A stretch of DNA of 64,000 nucleotides. Source: the human T2T-CHM13v2.0 reference genome, Homo sapiens. Where the stretch lies: assembly GCF_009914755.1 (NCBI RefSeq), contig NC_060928.1, one strand, 5' to 3'. Made by a program: the position numbers and the translations under genes. This document shows, piece after piece, positions 1 through 13,510 of this stretch. Below the pieces are notes generated by a model. That model saw only the letters and a program-made list of their open reading frames with translations. It did not search any database and was not told where the DNA came from. Each line of letters opens with the position of its first letter. Position 1 is the first letter of the stretch.

Positions 1-1265
1 GAGTTTGCAGCATAGGACGTCATTGGGACAATTGGCAAAATATGAATAAAATCTATAGGGTGTATAATAGTATTATATAAATGTTGATTTTCTAATTTTG
101 ATATTTGTACTATGGTTAAGAAACAGAATATTCTTGTTTTGAAATAAACACTGAAGTATTTAGGAGTAAAGGGGAAAAATCTGCGTGTATGTATCAGAAA
201 AACCAACACTTCTTCTTCCCTTGCACAGTCAACACAACAGAACGTTCTGTGACCAAAGTGTGGTGGATTTCTCCAAGCCAACAACTCATTGTCCAGCAGA
301 CACCAACTGGGTGTCCTGCAAGTTATCTGGATCCTGACACTCGCCGGAGTCAGTGCAGAACCCACAGGGGAAGAGCCCAGTCTTGTAAGATGCCCTCACT
401 TCAGCAGCCCATCGCAAGTCCCACGTGGCGACCTTGTGACCTGTGCTTCTGACTGCCCAGCTATCCACAGGGTTTTCTGGACCCTCTCCTCAGGTTTAAT
501 AGTTTGTGAGAACAGCTCATAGAACTCAGGAAAATATTTAACTTATATTTACCTACTTATTATGAAGGATACAGATGAACAGCCAGACGGAAGAGATGCA
601 CAGGACAAGACGTGGGAAGGGGCAGAGCTTCCATGTGTCTCCGGGTGCAGCAACCTCCAGGCACCTCCGCGTGTTCAGCAATCCAGAAGCTGAATCCCAA
701 CCCCACAGTGCAGGGGTTTTTATTAAGGCTTCATCACATAGGAGTGATGGGTCATCAACGCCATCTCCAGCCCCTCTCCCCACTTCCTGGAGGATGGGTG
801 ATGGGGCTTAAAGTTCTAAACTTCTAATTCTGGCTTGTTCTTTCTAGGGGCCAGTGCACCTCACCCCCAGAAACCCCCCAAGATTTGTTGCATTCAAATA
901 AAAGTGCTCCTGTTACTCAGGAAATTGCAAGGGATGAGAAACTCTGCATCAGAAACCTGGGTCAAAGAACAATGATTAGAAAACAAAATGCACCTACCAC
1001 CCCCATGGCTCAAAAAAATCAAAGGGTTTTAGGATCTCTGTGCCAGAAAACAGAGGACAGAGACCAAATATTTATTTTGTATTGTACCACAACATCACTG
1101 TGTGTGTGTGTGCAGATGGATAAAGAGGAAGAAGTGTGGATAGAGCAAATGTGGCAAAATGCAAATATTTGAGGAATCTGGGTAAATGATATGTGTGGGA
1201 ATTTCTTGTATAATTCTTGCAACTTTTATGTGATTCTGAAATTATGTCAAAATAAAAATTAAAGT
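1..1265 (+). mobile_element. Ancient L1ME-type LINE-1 3' UTR fragment, split by an LTR (pieces ~1-189 and ~1092-1265)
   Basis: Old L1 3' end motifs (actgaagtatttaggagtaaagggg; gcaaatgtggcaaaatg...ttcttgcaactttt...aaaataaaa) on both sides of the LTR. Confidence 0.65.
190..1091 (-). mobile_element. MER21-like ERV solo LTR
   Basis: TG...CA termini on minus strand (tgtggtacaat... to ...ctgataca); internal gacaccaactgggtgtcct motif recalled from MER21. Confidence 0.65.
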
Positions 1266-1479
1266 AAAACAAGACAAAAGGATGGGGAAAAGGGTTGATC
1301 CTAGGGTAAAATGATGACAGAATTAAAGGTACCAGAAATAGTATGTATCAAGTCGTGGGTACATGCCCAAACTTGACATGGAAAAATAAAGACTAACGGC
1401 TCTCTCTTTTCTGCATTTAGATGCAGCATTTTACTGTACTAACTTTTCTACATGAAAATAAAACTCACAAAATCAGAAT

Positions 1480-1650
1480 GGGCTCTGAAGGTTGTACCAA
1501 TGTCAATTTCCTGGTTTTGATATTGTGCCATAATTACATAAGCTGTTACCATTGGGGGATACTGGGTGAAGGGTACACAGGACCTCCTAGACATTTCTTT
1601 GCAACTTCCTGTGAATCTATAATTACTTGAAAATGAAGGTTTGGGTTTTT
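1480..1650 (+). mobile_element. Old L1 (L1MC/L1ME) 3' end fragment
   Basis: aatgtcaatttcctggttttgatattgt...gcaacttcctgtgaatctataatta motif. Confidence 0.6.
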
Positions 1651-1852
1651 TAAAAATACTTTTCTAACTCCCCCATACAAAGGAAAATTTATTTTGTTAA
1701 CCTCATATTGATGTGAATAACTTCGTGTACTGAGACTTTTACCTCTAAACAGGACTAAGATTTTTCACATTTATGTTAGTAAAAAAAATTAGTAAATTTT
1801 AAATTTAGTATAAAATTTCCAAGACCCATTTATTTAATATTCCATTTTAGGA

Positions 1853-2140
1853 TGGCAGAGATTCTCTCCTTGACTGAAATCCAGCCAGCCTCCTCTGAGC
1901 TCTCTTCTCCACTAGGGCCCGACCTTGGCCTATCAAGACTTGAACAAACACTAGCACAGTTTCCCACAGCTGAAGGCCGCAACCCTCAGGTGACCCCAGT
2001 CCCCCATAAGTGCCTGCCTGAGCAAACTCAAGGCTGCCAAAAGAATTTACTGTTTGTTCCAGCCCACACCTGAAGCTGGAGCCCCTGCTTCCCAGCCTCT
2101 GTGTGAGGGTAGGAGCCTAACGTTAACTCATGTCCAGCTT
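1853..2140 (+). mobile_element. ERV1 LTR fragment (MER31/MER67 group)
   Basis: Start tggcagagattctctccttgac...cctcctctgagctctcttctccactagg resembles the recalled group 5' end. Confidence 0.5.
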
Positions 2141-2599
2141 TGGCAAAGAGTACATTTTATTTTTATTTGCTCTGTCACTAGGGCATCCACATTAGCCATA
2201 GTGCTGCAGGATTTCACATTTCAGAAAATCTCAAGCAAAATGTAATCATAGCTCCTGTGAATTGTGCATCTGCTGTGACCCAGACATTGTGCTTTCCTTT
2301 ACTCCCACCCATTCCTCATCACAGCCCTGCAAAAAGAAAACAACAGCAACACCGTGCACAGGCCAAGTGGCTTGGTGATAGGGCTAGTACACGGTGGCGG
2401 AGACTGCGGACCCAGCGTGGCACATCACGGGATGTATCATTCTGCTCAGCTCGTCAGGCTGGCCTGCACCAGTGAGCGCTTTGTGTGCTACCAACTGTCA
2501 TAATTATTGAGCTAAGGAGCTCGATAATTATCAGTGGAGAAAATTCCAAGGCTGATCATATTAGAGCTTTACTTAATTTTTGATACCTGATTGCCGACA

Positions 2600-2941
2600 G
2601 TTTTGAAGCCTGACCTCTCCCTCCTCTTCTTTGCTCACATCTGCGCAAGCTGATGAGAATGTGTGGGCTGCTGTCTTTTGGCACCCACAGGAAGGCTCTG
2701 CCCCACCAGGGAACCCTCACCCCAGCCCCACCTTCAAGCCACCACACCAGTCTCCTTTCCTGGCTCGTTCAAGACATTTTTGGATCTGCCTGGGAATTGC
2801 TCCCTGATCTCCCCAAAAGCTCTCATTATGTGAGAAATAAAGCTTTTCCTGTTCTCTTGGTGTATGTGTGGAATCACCAGTCTTGACCTCTCAATCAAAT
2901 TTTGTGTGGGGAGTCTCTTGTACTTCTTCAGAGTGGCCACA
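2600..2941 (+). mobile_element. ERVL LTR fragment (MER74/MER73-like)
   Basis: 3' end aataaag...ctcttggtgtatgtgtgg...cagtcttgac...aaattttg...gagtggccaca. Confidence 0.5.
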
Positions 2942-4401
2942 AAAGGATGAACCACTGAAATGTTTAAATATAAAGAAATCTGTATTTTCAATTCAGTTAA
3001 TCTTCAGGCCATAGAATATAACTTGTCTCTCATATGGAGCTTAAAGTTAGCATTTAGTTGACATAAATGCTCCAAAATTCACGGTACACGTTGATGCTAA
3101 TACCTCGCACACCGTCCAGTAACTAGGCACATTTCAACTTTCATTCTCAAAGATGCAAAGATTTCTGGTTTGTAAAAGCAGCTTGGAATGTTCTTTCTGT
3201 GAAAATAACACATTTACGAAAACACATTTGGTGTGCATTTCTTCTGAAGGGAATATATATTTCTTTATGGAGCTTAGAATTGCTTATGAAAACAATATAA
3301 AACCTGTCCGTATTCTATTATGGCCCTATTTATACCTTCATTCCTAATAAATATTTTGCATTCATTACTGACTTTTGACTTTGGGTGTAATATAAAGAAA
3401 ACATAAAAGCATGAAATGGTGGTTACAATTTTCAGTTTTAAAAAGTCATCTTAATGTTTCTTTGGAAAAACATGTCTCCTCATGAAAAGAAATAGTCAAC
3501 AAGTTCATATTTTTTAGAAAAAGTTAAAAGCACATACTGCCAGAAAAACTAAATTCTCTCAAATTATATTAAGCAAAGACAAATAAACTTTTATACATTC
3601 CTTGCTTTAGCATTCCCACAAATGCATACTTGCTGTTTTAAAGAAAAATGATCAGAGAGCACAAGAAAGTTAGTAGAAAGTAAAATTTTATACAGAAGTG
3701 TAGCTGCACATTTCAGTATTAACAGAAGTCCTGTAATAGAATTACCATGCCATATTTCAATATTAATACCAATAAAAAGAAATACCAGTTTTCAGAAGCA
3801 GTATAACAGCCCTCTGCTGTAATTGGGCCCTCCTTAGTGGGAGACAGTTTTGACTCCCTGTTCTTGATACACACAAAGCTGTAAATATGGCCACTTCCCT
3901 GTTCAAACCCAGAATGGAAAAGCCCCTGATAAGAAAGTCTCGCTTAGCATGAATTTTTAAATTATTATCCTCCAGCTATACTTTTCACCTCCATGCACAG
4001 TATCTATATCAAACAAGCTAAACAGATTCAATTTCTTTCCTCCAAGAATTTGTTCAGGCCATACTCAAATGTATAGGCTTTAAGTGGGGTGGGTCAGCAA
4101 GAGAACAGCCAACCCAACATGGGTAAATCTTGTTTATGAGGGTGGAAAGTTTTAATGCTTTACTTGATTCATTGCTAGACAACCTTTCCATCCAAGAGGC
4201 CACTATTTTTACAGGTAGCTTCAAAGTATATCAAATATAAAAGAAACAGAAATAATATAAAGAAAATAAGAAGCCATAAATAATTTCAATGTACTTATTT
4301 AAAATTTTATTAAGTAGTCATCATTAATTTCTTAGATGTTTGAGAGCAAACCGTGCATAACGTGCCTGAGCGTAAGAAACTAGCAGTACAGAAGAGGAGA
4401 T

Positions 4402-4452
4402 AGAAATCTGAATGCAAAATAAATAAAAATAAATAAAAGAAATCTGAATGCA
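4402..4452 (+). repeat. 15-bp perfect direct repeat (agaaatctgaatgca) flanking a 21-bp A-rich tract
   Basis: Copies at 4402-4416 and 4438-4452; spacer aaataaataaaaataaataaa. Confidence 0.85.
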
Positions 4453-4803
4453 CGCCGGCAACAGGGTGTGATGAGTTCAATTACAGAATTCTCTACCAGA
4501 CACAGTAGAACTCGTTAGCTTTGCCTTAACTACTTACGGTCACCAAAGCAGACATTTTAGTTGGACATAGAAGAAAAGGAGTCAGGGAGGGCAGGGAGAG
4601 GGTAAGGAAAAGGGGGTGGGACACTTTTTAGGAGTAAATGGCCTGTCCGAAGCACAGAAATACGGAAGACCTTGATAGATTCTAGACAGTGTAATAAGAG
4701 CAAACTGTTGGCAAGAGGACTGCGAGATAAGACTGCCGGGCTGACGGAATCCATATACAGAGACTGGTGATGGAGGTCCCTGGAAGGCCAATTTTCTGTA
4801 TAA

Positions 4804-5115
<312 letters not shown>

Positions 5116-7164
5116 CAGTCAGGGTTTTCTACAAGAATCACAAACAATTCCAGTCATTTTAAGTGGAAAGACATGTAACACACAAAGTAAAATATTTTCA
5201 GGATCTGTAGAAGGTCTAAGGAGTAGGTCTGAGATTAGCCTCTTGGAATCGCATTACACTTCAAACAACACAGACTGGAGTAATAGAGCTATTCTCTCTG
5301 AGGCCACCACACTGGAACTATGCTGGAAATAAGGGGTTAAAACTGGCATCTCTGCCACCACCACCTGTCAATATTCAGGAGCCTATGTAACAGACGCTGG
5401 CTGGCTGCTGGAGGAACATCATATTTCCATGGACTTTCTTATAAACGGCACCCTCCAAAACTTTCACAGAGACGGACTCTGCTCACTCCTGCATTCCAAA
5501 TATCTCATGAGTTCATCAATACAGAATTCTAGCATCAAAAGAATCTAGGAAGTGTAACTGAACTTTCCAATCTTCCCAAAGAGAGAAAAGATGCAAGGGA
5601 GACTGAGTGAACCAACATAAATAATACAGCAGAAATACCATTAACAATGCTATGCAAAAAAATTGTATATTTGAAATCTTCTAATATTTCTTATCTGTCA
5701 ATATAGAAATATGGATGTCATAGAAAAGGCATAAATTAGAATAGAAGTTTTGCATATATATTTCTAACCTGAGTGCTTATTTATAATATGGAAATCGGTT
5801 TCTAGGACAAGGAAGAAAAGAGAAATCGCTCTTTTATTTAATCAGGAAAGTTTATGAAAGGCAGGAGATTCTGAGACCTCTCCATAAAGGAAAAGGAAGC
5901 TTCTTTGCAAACAAAGAATAATGATTCACTTCAGCTCTAGAGAAATGTATGAAGGAAGGGAGGAAAAGAGTTGAAATTCAGAATAAGAGTGTGATTCCAT
6001 TACCTGAAGAGGCAAAAGAGCAGGAGGAAATTGGACAATCTAGGGTGGGTGAACTCCACAGTATGCAGAAGCTGGTGTTCTTGCCTGTGAGGGTGAGGTT
6101 ATTTAAAGTAGTTCATCAGGGGAAGACACAGGGTATCTCCCAGGTCCACGGGAACTGGGGTGTGGAAATAGTGTCAACACTGTTCATTGAAATAATGTGT
6201 CAGCTGGAGGGGAATGGTCAGCCTGGAAAAGCAGAAGTAAAGTTGGTGGGAGTTCAGCACCATCTGAGCAGAAGTGAACCCAGAGGCCTCCCTAAAGCAG
6301 AATTCTTTCAGTACAGCAGGATTGTTGCAGTGAGCTTACCCAACACCACCTTGATGACATTCACACTCATCACTTTTCCCCTCTTGCTATAAAAAGCTAA
6401 TACACAGTCAGTGACACAGTGTTTGACCTTTCAGTTACCTGAACATCAGGAAGCACATGTTGTGGGTGGGGTGAGAAGGAGACAAGCCCTATTGTGCATA
6501 TGCATGTCTATATTATCTTCTATACATACCTTTTCATGATGTCAAAAGATCTTTCATCTACAGCTACATAATGTTGAAGTGTACAGAAAAGGAAGCTGAG
6601 ATTGAAATACTGGAGTGTGATGAATGAAACCCAGAGACCAATGTCCCAAACATAGCCCAGTCTGCATCTCCCACATGAAGGAACCCAAGGAATGGGTAGG
6701 AATATTGTGATACTCCTTAAATCATAGTTAGGTAAATTATTCCAACACCTGCTACCTAAGTAGCATTTACCCATGCCTTTCATAGGAAAGAGAGTCTGCC
6801 AACTATCTATTGGAATAGAAAGTGAGGCAGGTGGAAGAATCTTATTTGTCAGTGTTAGATTCCTTTGCAATGACAAAAACACATCTATACAGGAAGAAAG
6901 CTATTTTATCCCAAATACTGAATGCAACTTTGTTTTCCTTTTGTCTTATTAGTCACGTTTCCATATATCCCCACTTAAGTGACATGAGATGGATGGGTTT
7001 CCACAAGGATCAGCTGGAGGAGTTTCACATCCATCTGGCAAAGCTGCATGAAGATAAGCCTCGTGTTTTCCAGGGAACTGCATTGCTCTACAGAGGCAAT
7101 GCCGAATTATTCAATTGCTTTATGAATATTTCCTCCCATTAACCTCTCTCTGAAAATTTGCTGA

Positions 7165-7521
7165 TACGCATTAAGTGTCTCTTAACCAAAATGCTTGGAA
7201 CCGGGAGTGTTTTGAATTTTTTCAGATTTTGGAATATTTGCATAGACATAATGAGAACTCTTAGGGATGGGACCCAAGTCTAAACGCAAAATTCATTACT
7301 GTTTCATATGTATCCTATACATATAGCCTCAAAGTAATTTTATAAAATATTTTAAATAATATTGTGCATAAAACAAAGTTTTGACTGTATGTTGACTGTG
7401 ATCCGTCATGTGAAATCAGGTGTGGAATTGTCCACTTGTGTTATCATGTTGGTGCTCAAAAATTTCATATCTTGGAGCACTTCACATTTCAGATTTTTGG
7501 ATTAGGAATGCTAAACCTATA
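7165..7521. mobile_element. Tigger4b/MER46-type DNA transposon MITE
   Basis: gggatgggacccaagtctaaac...tcaggtgtggaatt...ggattaggaatgctaaacct, with degenerate terminal inverted repeats. Confidence 0.8.
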
Positions 7522-8279
7522 TTGCCCTGTGTCATGGGTCCCTAACACAATCCATTTACTCTTTACTTATTTATTTATTTATTTTAAAAATGTTTACTGA
7601 ATTCACACTATGAGCAAGACATTGTTTGGTACAAAAGACCAAATTTGGTAAAACAAACAAACAAAAAACATGCTCTTATGGCTAAGAAAAATAAGCGAGG
7701 AATAAAATGGATCTTAAGATGAGGAGGATGATGAATGACAAATGTCACAATTAATATATAGAAGGTACTGTCACTTCACCTAGGGAAACTGAGAAAGCTT
7801 CCTTAGCTTTGGAGCCATGAAGGATGGCTAACATTTACACAGGCATAGGTATGAGTCTCAGTAGAGAGCCAAGAAGAGCAGGAGCCTGTTGTGAAAAGCA
7901 GTGAATTACTTATTTGGCTAGTGGGTAGGAGGCAGGAAAAGTAAACCTGAAGCCTTTGGGGATGTTTGCAGGTAGCTGTATCTATTGCTGTTTGGTGCCC
8001 AGAGTATATGACTGTGTGGCATCATTTAATAATGCTTTAGTGGAACATTTCAAAGTAGCCCCGCATAAAATCGTTCAGCGTAAGCCAGATAATCCTACCT
8101 AGTTTGAGAGGCATTTCCAAACTAGACTCCTGGGCCAATTTGCCATATTGCTACATTGTGCTGGGGCTAGGATCTGGGCCAATATGAATCTAGCTTTCTT
8201 TAAACCAGTTATTATATCTTTGCATAGTATGTGTTGCATCCTGGGCTGAAACTGAGCCTTGGAGGGAGCCTAAAAGAGA

Positions 8280-8460
8280 GTGAAGAATAGCAAGGTCTCT
8301 AAAGTCAGACTGCCTAACATTTCAGTTCTGGCTGGAGACTCCAGAATAAGTCACCAACTTTATGCAAATATCACCTGTAAAAACAGGACAATAACAGCAC
8401 CTGTCTCATGGAGTCATTATTAGAAATCACTGAAGTGAGAGCTCAATAGATATTACCTGT
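8280..8460 (+). mobile_element. MIR SINE
   Basis: agtcagactgcct...cacctgtaaaa...ataacagcacctgtctcatgg core. Confidence 0.6.
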
Positions 8461-8485
8461 GATGATGACATTTGAGATGCTCATG

Positions 8486-8860
8486 GAGTTAGTCTGTTCT
8501 CAACATTGCTATAAAGACATACTGGAGACTGGGTAATTTATAAAGAAAAGAGGTTTAATCAGCTCATAGTTCTGCAGGCTGTACAGGCTTCTGTTTCTGG
8601 GTAGGCCTCAGGAAACTTACAATCATGGCAGAAGTTGAAAGGGAAGCAAGCCCATCTTCATATGGCTGGCAGGAAGTGTGGGGAAGGTGCCTTTAAACAC
8701 ACTTTTAAACAAGCAGATATAAGGAAAATTCTATCACAAGAACAGCAAGGGGGAGGTCCACCCCCATGATTCGATCACCTCCCACTGGGCCCCTCCTGCA
8801 ACACTGGGAATTACAATTTGATATGAGATTTGGATGGGAACACAGAGTCAGACCATATCA
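8486..8860 (-). mobile_element. MSTA/MSTB (MaLR) solo LTR
   Basis: gagactgggtaatttataaagaaaagaggtttaat...ggaaacttacaatcatggcagaa...accatatca. Confidence 0.85.
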
Positions 8861-11399
8861 TGATGTAAGGTGCTGGTAGTTTGGCTGACATTTCAAACAA
8901 ATCTGGCTCAGGCCTAGGGTTTGCAGAGTCACATGGGCCTACTTGGGAAATTACAATAGCAGAGCAAACCTTCTAAATACATTTCACTTCCAGAAGCTGC
9001 ACTTGGATGAAATACTGTCTCCTGAAGCTCTGAAAGTCCCTTTTCTGTGCTGCTCAAGGAAGCTCTAAAGACAGGTTGGTTCTGTGCTACTCCAAATAGC
9101 TCCAAAGACAGGTTTGGAACAATGACCCATAAAATGTCCATACATTTTAGGATACTAATGAAGAGCAATACTGGTCCAAAGTTCAGTGGTCAGAGTATGG
9201 GTGTGTTTGTTTTATTTCAGAACATCTGTATAGCATTTTCATTGCTTATACAATAGCAGGTATCTTCAGTATTATTTAAATTGAACTTCTAAACCTTCTT
9301 TGACAACATACCACGTATCCATTTATACATACACACTAAAAATAAGAGGGTGCATCCTTAATTTTAAATCAGTTGCATAGATTTCATTGTATAGATATAA
9401 TTAGTAATTTTCCTGTTTATTGGCATCTCAGTTATTTCCAGGCTTCTACTAGCAATATTATCATGAATAAATTGTATGTATGTTAAAAAATAATAAGCTC
9501 ATTCTTAGTCCTTGTTGAAAAAATTTTGTGTTACTTTTATGAGCAGGATGCAAGACTCAGACAAACAAGGCCTAGGTAGCTCATACTTTATTCTTTTTGC
9601 AACAACTTTTGAAAGGCTTGGAATATTCTGGTTATAGATGAAAGATGCTGTTATTTGCTATTTCTCTTCTTCTCCAAGTGAAGTTCTAATGAAACCATGT
9701 GTGGAAGAAATAAATCATTGGAAGGTCAAGAAGCTTCAAAAACAAAGTTTGAACAAGTTCCTGGTATTGTTGCTGAGTGTTAAATATTCTCAACTTATCA
9801 TTTGCTCTTCTAGCTGCAGTTTTGCACAAGGAAGACAAGTGGGAGCAATTAAATCCTGCACCACTCCTCTTGAATTCAAGGCTGAGCCATTTGGACAAAG
9901 AAAATTGGGGAACAGGAGCAAAGACCCTCACTGACTGTGTTCTTTTTTCCATGAATTAGAAGGAAATTTAAGAAAATCACTTTGATCCTTTTTCTACCTG
10001 TAATGTTAAAAACTGTAAATATTTTCTTTCATTGAGAATTCTGGGATACAGTAGCAGACTTGGTAAATTTTAAACCGAAAAATTTATCAGCGTTTATTGC
10101 ACGGACAAAGCAATAAAAAATTGCATCATCTAAGATGCCAAGAAACCACATGTGATACAGTCCAAGGACATCCAGAATTCCCATGGTCCTATGCAGTAGC
10201 TTACAAACTTAACTCTTTTTGGAAAATATGGACATACAATATGCTGACGGGCTTCCCATTCATTTTAAGTGTTTTTAGTGCAAGTCTCTCCACTCTATGA
10301 TTTCTTGATAAGTTCCTCATAATGAAAATTCTTTTGTCATTATATACCTTGTTAGTTCTGATTCTTGTCCTTGGGAATCAAAGAATATTAGGGTTATAGG
10401 TGCAACATCACTCAGTCATTTAGGCAAAAGCCTTTCATTTTAAAGATTAAGAAAGTAATCTCTGAGCACACGAAAAGACAGTGGAGCATTGCACTTTCAT
10501 CTTCATTTCACTCTTTTGCTTGCAAACTCCTTGAGGGTAGGAATTTGTTTTACTCATCAATAAATCTGCAGTAATACAACGTGGAGAATGCAGTTGGTGC
10601 ACAAACAATATTGAAAGATTGTAGATATCTCTGTCCAAAGTCACACAGCTGCCAGAACCAGTGGCTCACTGGGATGAGTCTTGTGTCTACTGATCACCCG
10701 TTAAGGATGTTGCCTCTGAATTATTCCTCCAAGGGTTTTTTTCCCCCTGGGATGAAGAATAAATATCTGTTGTTTTCCTTATCATGTAAAAAAAGTGTAT
10801 ATGTTTCTGCAAATACTAGCCAAAGCATCCTACTTTAAAACTTCTCTTTAAAATTCCGGGGAGTGTCACCTTGACAACAGGCACAGAATCTTCCAACTGC
10901 AATAGAAAATTGACAAAATTTTTTAAACTCAGTGAAAAAAATAAACCCCACTACCAGTAATTAAATAAACAAAATGAAACAATTCCTTGCCATAAATTTC
11001 AGAAGGGCAGGGGAATGAGAGGAGAAAATAATAATAATTTTTTAAAAAGGCAAGGAAAGAAGTAGAAGATTGAGGCTTAGCTCTGGGAATCTCGTAACCT
11101 AGTCTCCACTCTTTGACAGGTGGTACTGAGGATATCAACAGAATTAAGAAGGAACATCCAAGACTTTACACTAAATAAGTATTCAAGTTGAAGATGAATT
11201 ATCACCAGGGGAATAGAGTAATTCATGGTAGAGAATATTCAACAAAATCGCAGAAAAGAGTAAAAAACAGGTTCAGTAAAGATCTACTCTTAGTTTAGCT
11301 TTCCCCTTCTTACTTGTGCCTTTCATAGCCTCACTATATAGAAATCTATGGCTCAGAAGAAAAGGTAAACAGGTCCAGATAAGAAGATAAAGATGTTGG

Positions 11400-13450
11400 G
11401 GTTTCCAGTTTCATCTCAGACATGTAAATAACCTGGAAGTCATTATTCCTGTTCTTACAACAATAAAACACAGAATTAACTGAAAATAAATGACTTCTTT
11501 GACCCATCATAAAATTGAGGTTGCATGGCGAAACTCCACCCCGAAATCTAGAAGACAGGTAAATACAGAAAATCATAGTCAAGATCAGTTTACCCGGAGT
11601 GGAAGCCCCTGAAGCCATGCCTGGCATGCACATTGAGAAGTGACCGGGCAAATTGCTGGAGGCTGAGTGTGGACTGCATGAGACTGAAAAACTCTCGGAA
11701 CTCATAGTCTCAGGGACACCCCACTGCCCCTGCCACGCTTTTGTGATTAGACCTCCAAAAAAACTCTCTCTCCTCTCTCTTCCCAACCTAGGTTCTTAAA
11801 GTAAAAACGAAACAAAAATCCTTTCATGTTTCTGACAGGAGGAGAGGAAAAGTATGTATTTTGAAATACGTCCAAAGCGTTCTGTATAACAACACCTACT
11901 CCATAGAGGAAAACTTGACCATAGCCTTATCGGACTTGTGAAAAGGGCAACTAAGCAACTCCAGCTACTCTAGCCTTCTTGTCTCTTCTAAAGGAAGGTT
12001 GGGCGAAAAAGCTAAGAAATACTTTTAAGTCAGAGACTAGGGAACAGATTAGGGAACAAGACTAAGATATAATTGTAGAGTACAGAATGCTTCTGTAGTC
12101 CCGAACCTTATCACCACCTCAGCAGGGCTTCCAAGTAATAACAGTGGGCTGTAACTGAAAGAGAGGCAAGATGCAGACTCCAGTTAAGGAGGGAAGCAGG
12201 GTCTAAAGAAGCCCAAAGACATCAGGAGAGACAAAAATAAAAACATTAGACATATTTGAAGCCTCTGGAACCTGAAGCTAAAGTAAACAGTAAACATAAG
12301 CAGGATTCCTAGGCAGAACAACAAAACTTCACACTGAAGGTCTACTTACCTCAGTTTCAATTCTCCAATACATTAAGTCCAGCTTTTCACAAAAAATTTT
12401 ATGACATGTTAAAAAGGCAGGAAAAAAACACAGCCTGAAAAGACAAAGCAAATGTAAGAACTAGGCTCAGATATAACACACACTGTGGAATTGTCAGATA
12501 GGAAATTAACTGTGATCAACATGTTAATAGTTCTAATAAAAAAAGTAGACAAAAAACAAATGGGAAGTATAAACAGAGAGATGGAACCCCTGTGAAACTA
12601 CCAAAAATAACCTGTTAGAAATAAAAAATTATCCAATAAAGATGAAAAATTCATTTGACGAGATTATCAATAAACTGGATTTGGCCCAGGAAAAATTAAT
12701 GAGCTTGAAGATATGTCAACAGAAACTATTCAAGCTGAAATACAAACAGAAAAGATTTTTAAAAAGAACAAAATTGTGGAACAATTTCAAATGTATAACA
12801 TGTATAGTTGGAATATCAGAAATAGAAGCAAGAGAAAACAGATCAGAAGAAATATATGAAGTAATAGTGGCTGAGAATTTCCCAAAGTTAATGACAGAAA
12901 CAACCAGCTACAAAGCCAAGAATCTCAGAAAATACTGAGGGGAATAAATATATATTTAAAATTCTATTGGGCATATTATATTCACATGATACAAAATAAA
13001 TCACAAAATCAAAAATGAAAAAGGCCAGGGAATGAAACATTAAAAATATTTTAAAATATATGTCTAAATTACCCACAGAGGAAAGAATTTCAAAAGAAAT
13101 TACAAATATTTTGAAGTAAATGAAAATGAAAATACAGCTTGTCAAAATCTGTGAGATGCAGAAAAAGCAGAGCTTACAGGGAAATTTAAAACATTAAGTA
13201 CATATATTAAGAAAGACAGAATGTAACATTAATAATTTGAGCTTCCATGTTAGCAAACTAGATAAAGAATAGTTTAATTCTAAATCAAGCAATGTAAATA
13301 AAATTAGAGCAGAGATAATGAAACTTAAAATAGAAAACAAAACCCAGAAAATCAGTAACCCAAAAATTGATCTTTGACAAGATCAATAAAATTCATAAAC
13401 CTCTGACTAGGATAACTAAGATAAACACAGAAAAAAAAAGAGTATCAATA
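11400..13450 (+). mobile_element. Old L1M LINE-1 remnant (5' UTR, ORF1 and ORF2 fragments)
   Basis: ORF1-like peptide at 12642-12938 (IYEVIVAENFPKLM); ORF2-like aatgaaaatgaaaatacagcttgtcaaaatctgtgagatgcag. Confidence 0.75.
11562..12037 (+). repeat. Arm 1 of ~478-bp inverted repeat
   Basis: Reverse complement of 13511-13990, about 90% identical by hand alignment. Confidence 0.92.
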
Positions 13451-13510
13451 AGGATTCACCCAGTATATAAATGCAAGTAGAACTTCTGGCTCAAGCTGCC
13501 AAATTTTAAG

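Noticed and set aside
5949-6392. 147-aa plus-strand ORF, the longest outside recognised repeats
   Set aside because: No recognisable domain, promoter or exon context; compatible with a chance ORF
11346-11786. 146-aa minus-strand ORF
   Set aside because: Antisense to an old L1 5' region; no recognisable protein similarity
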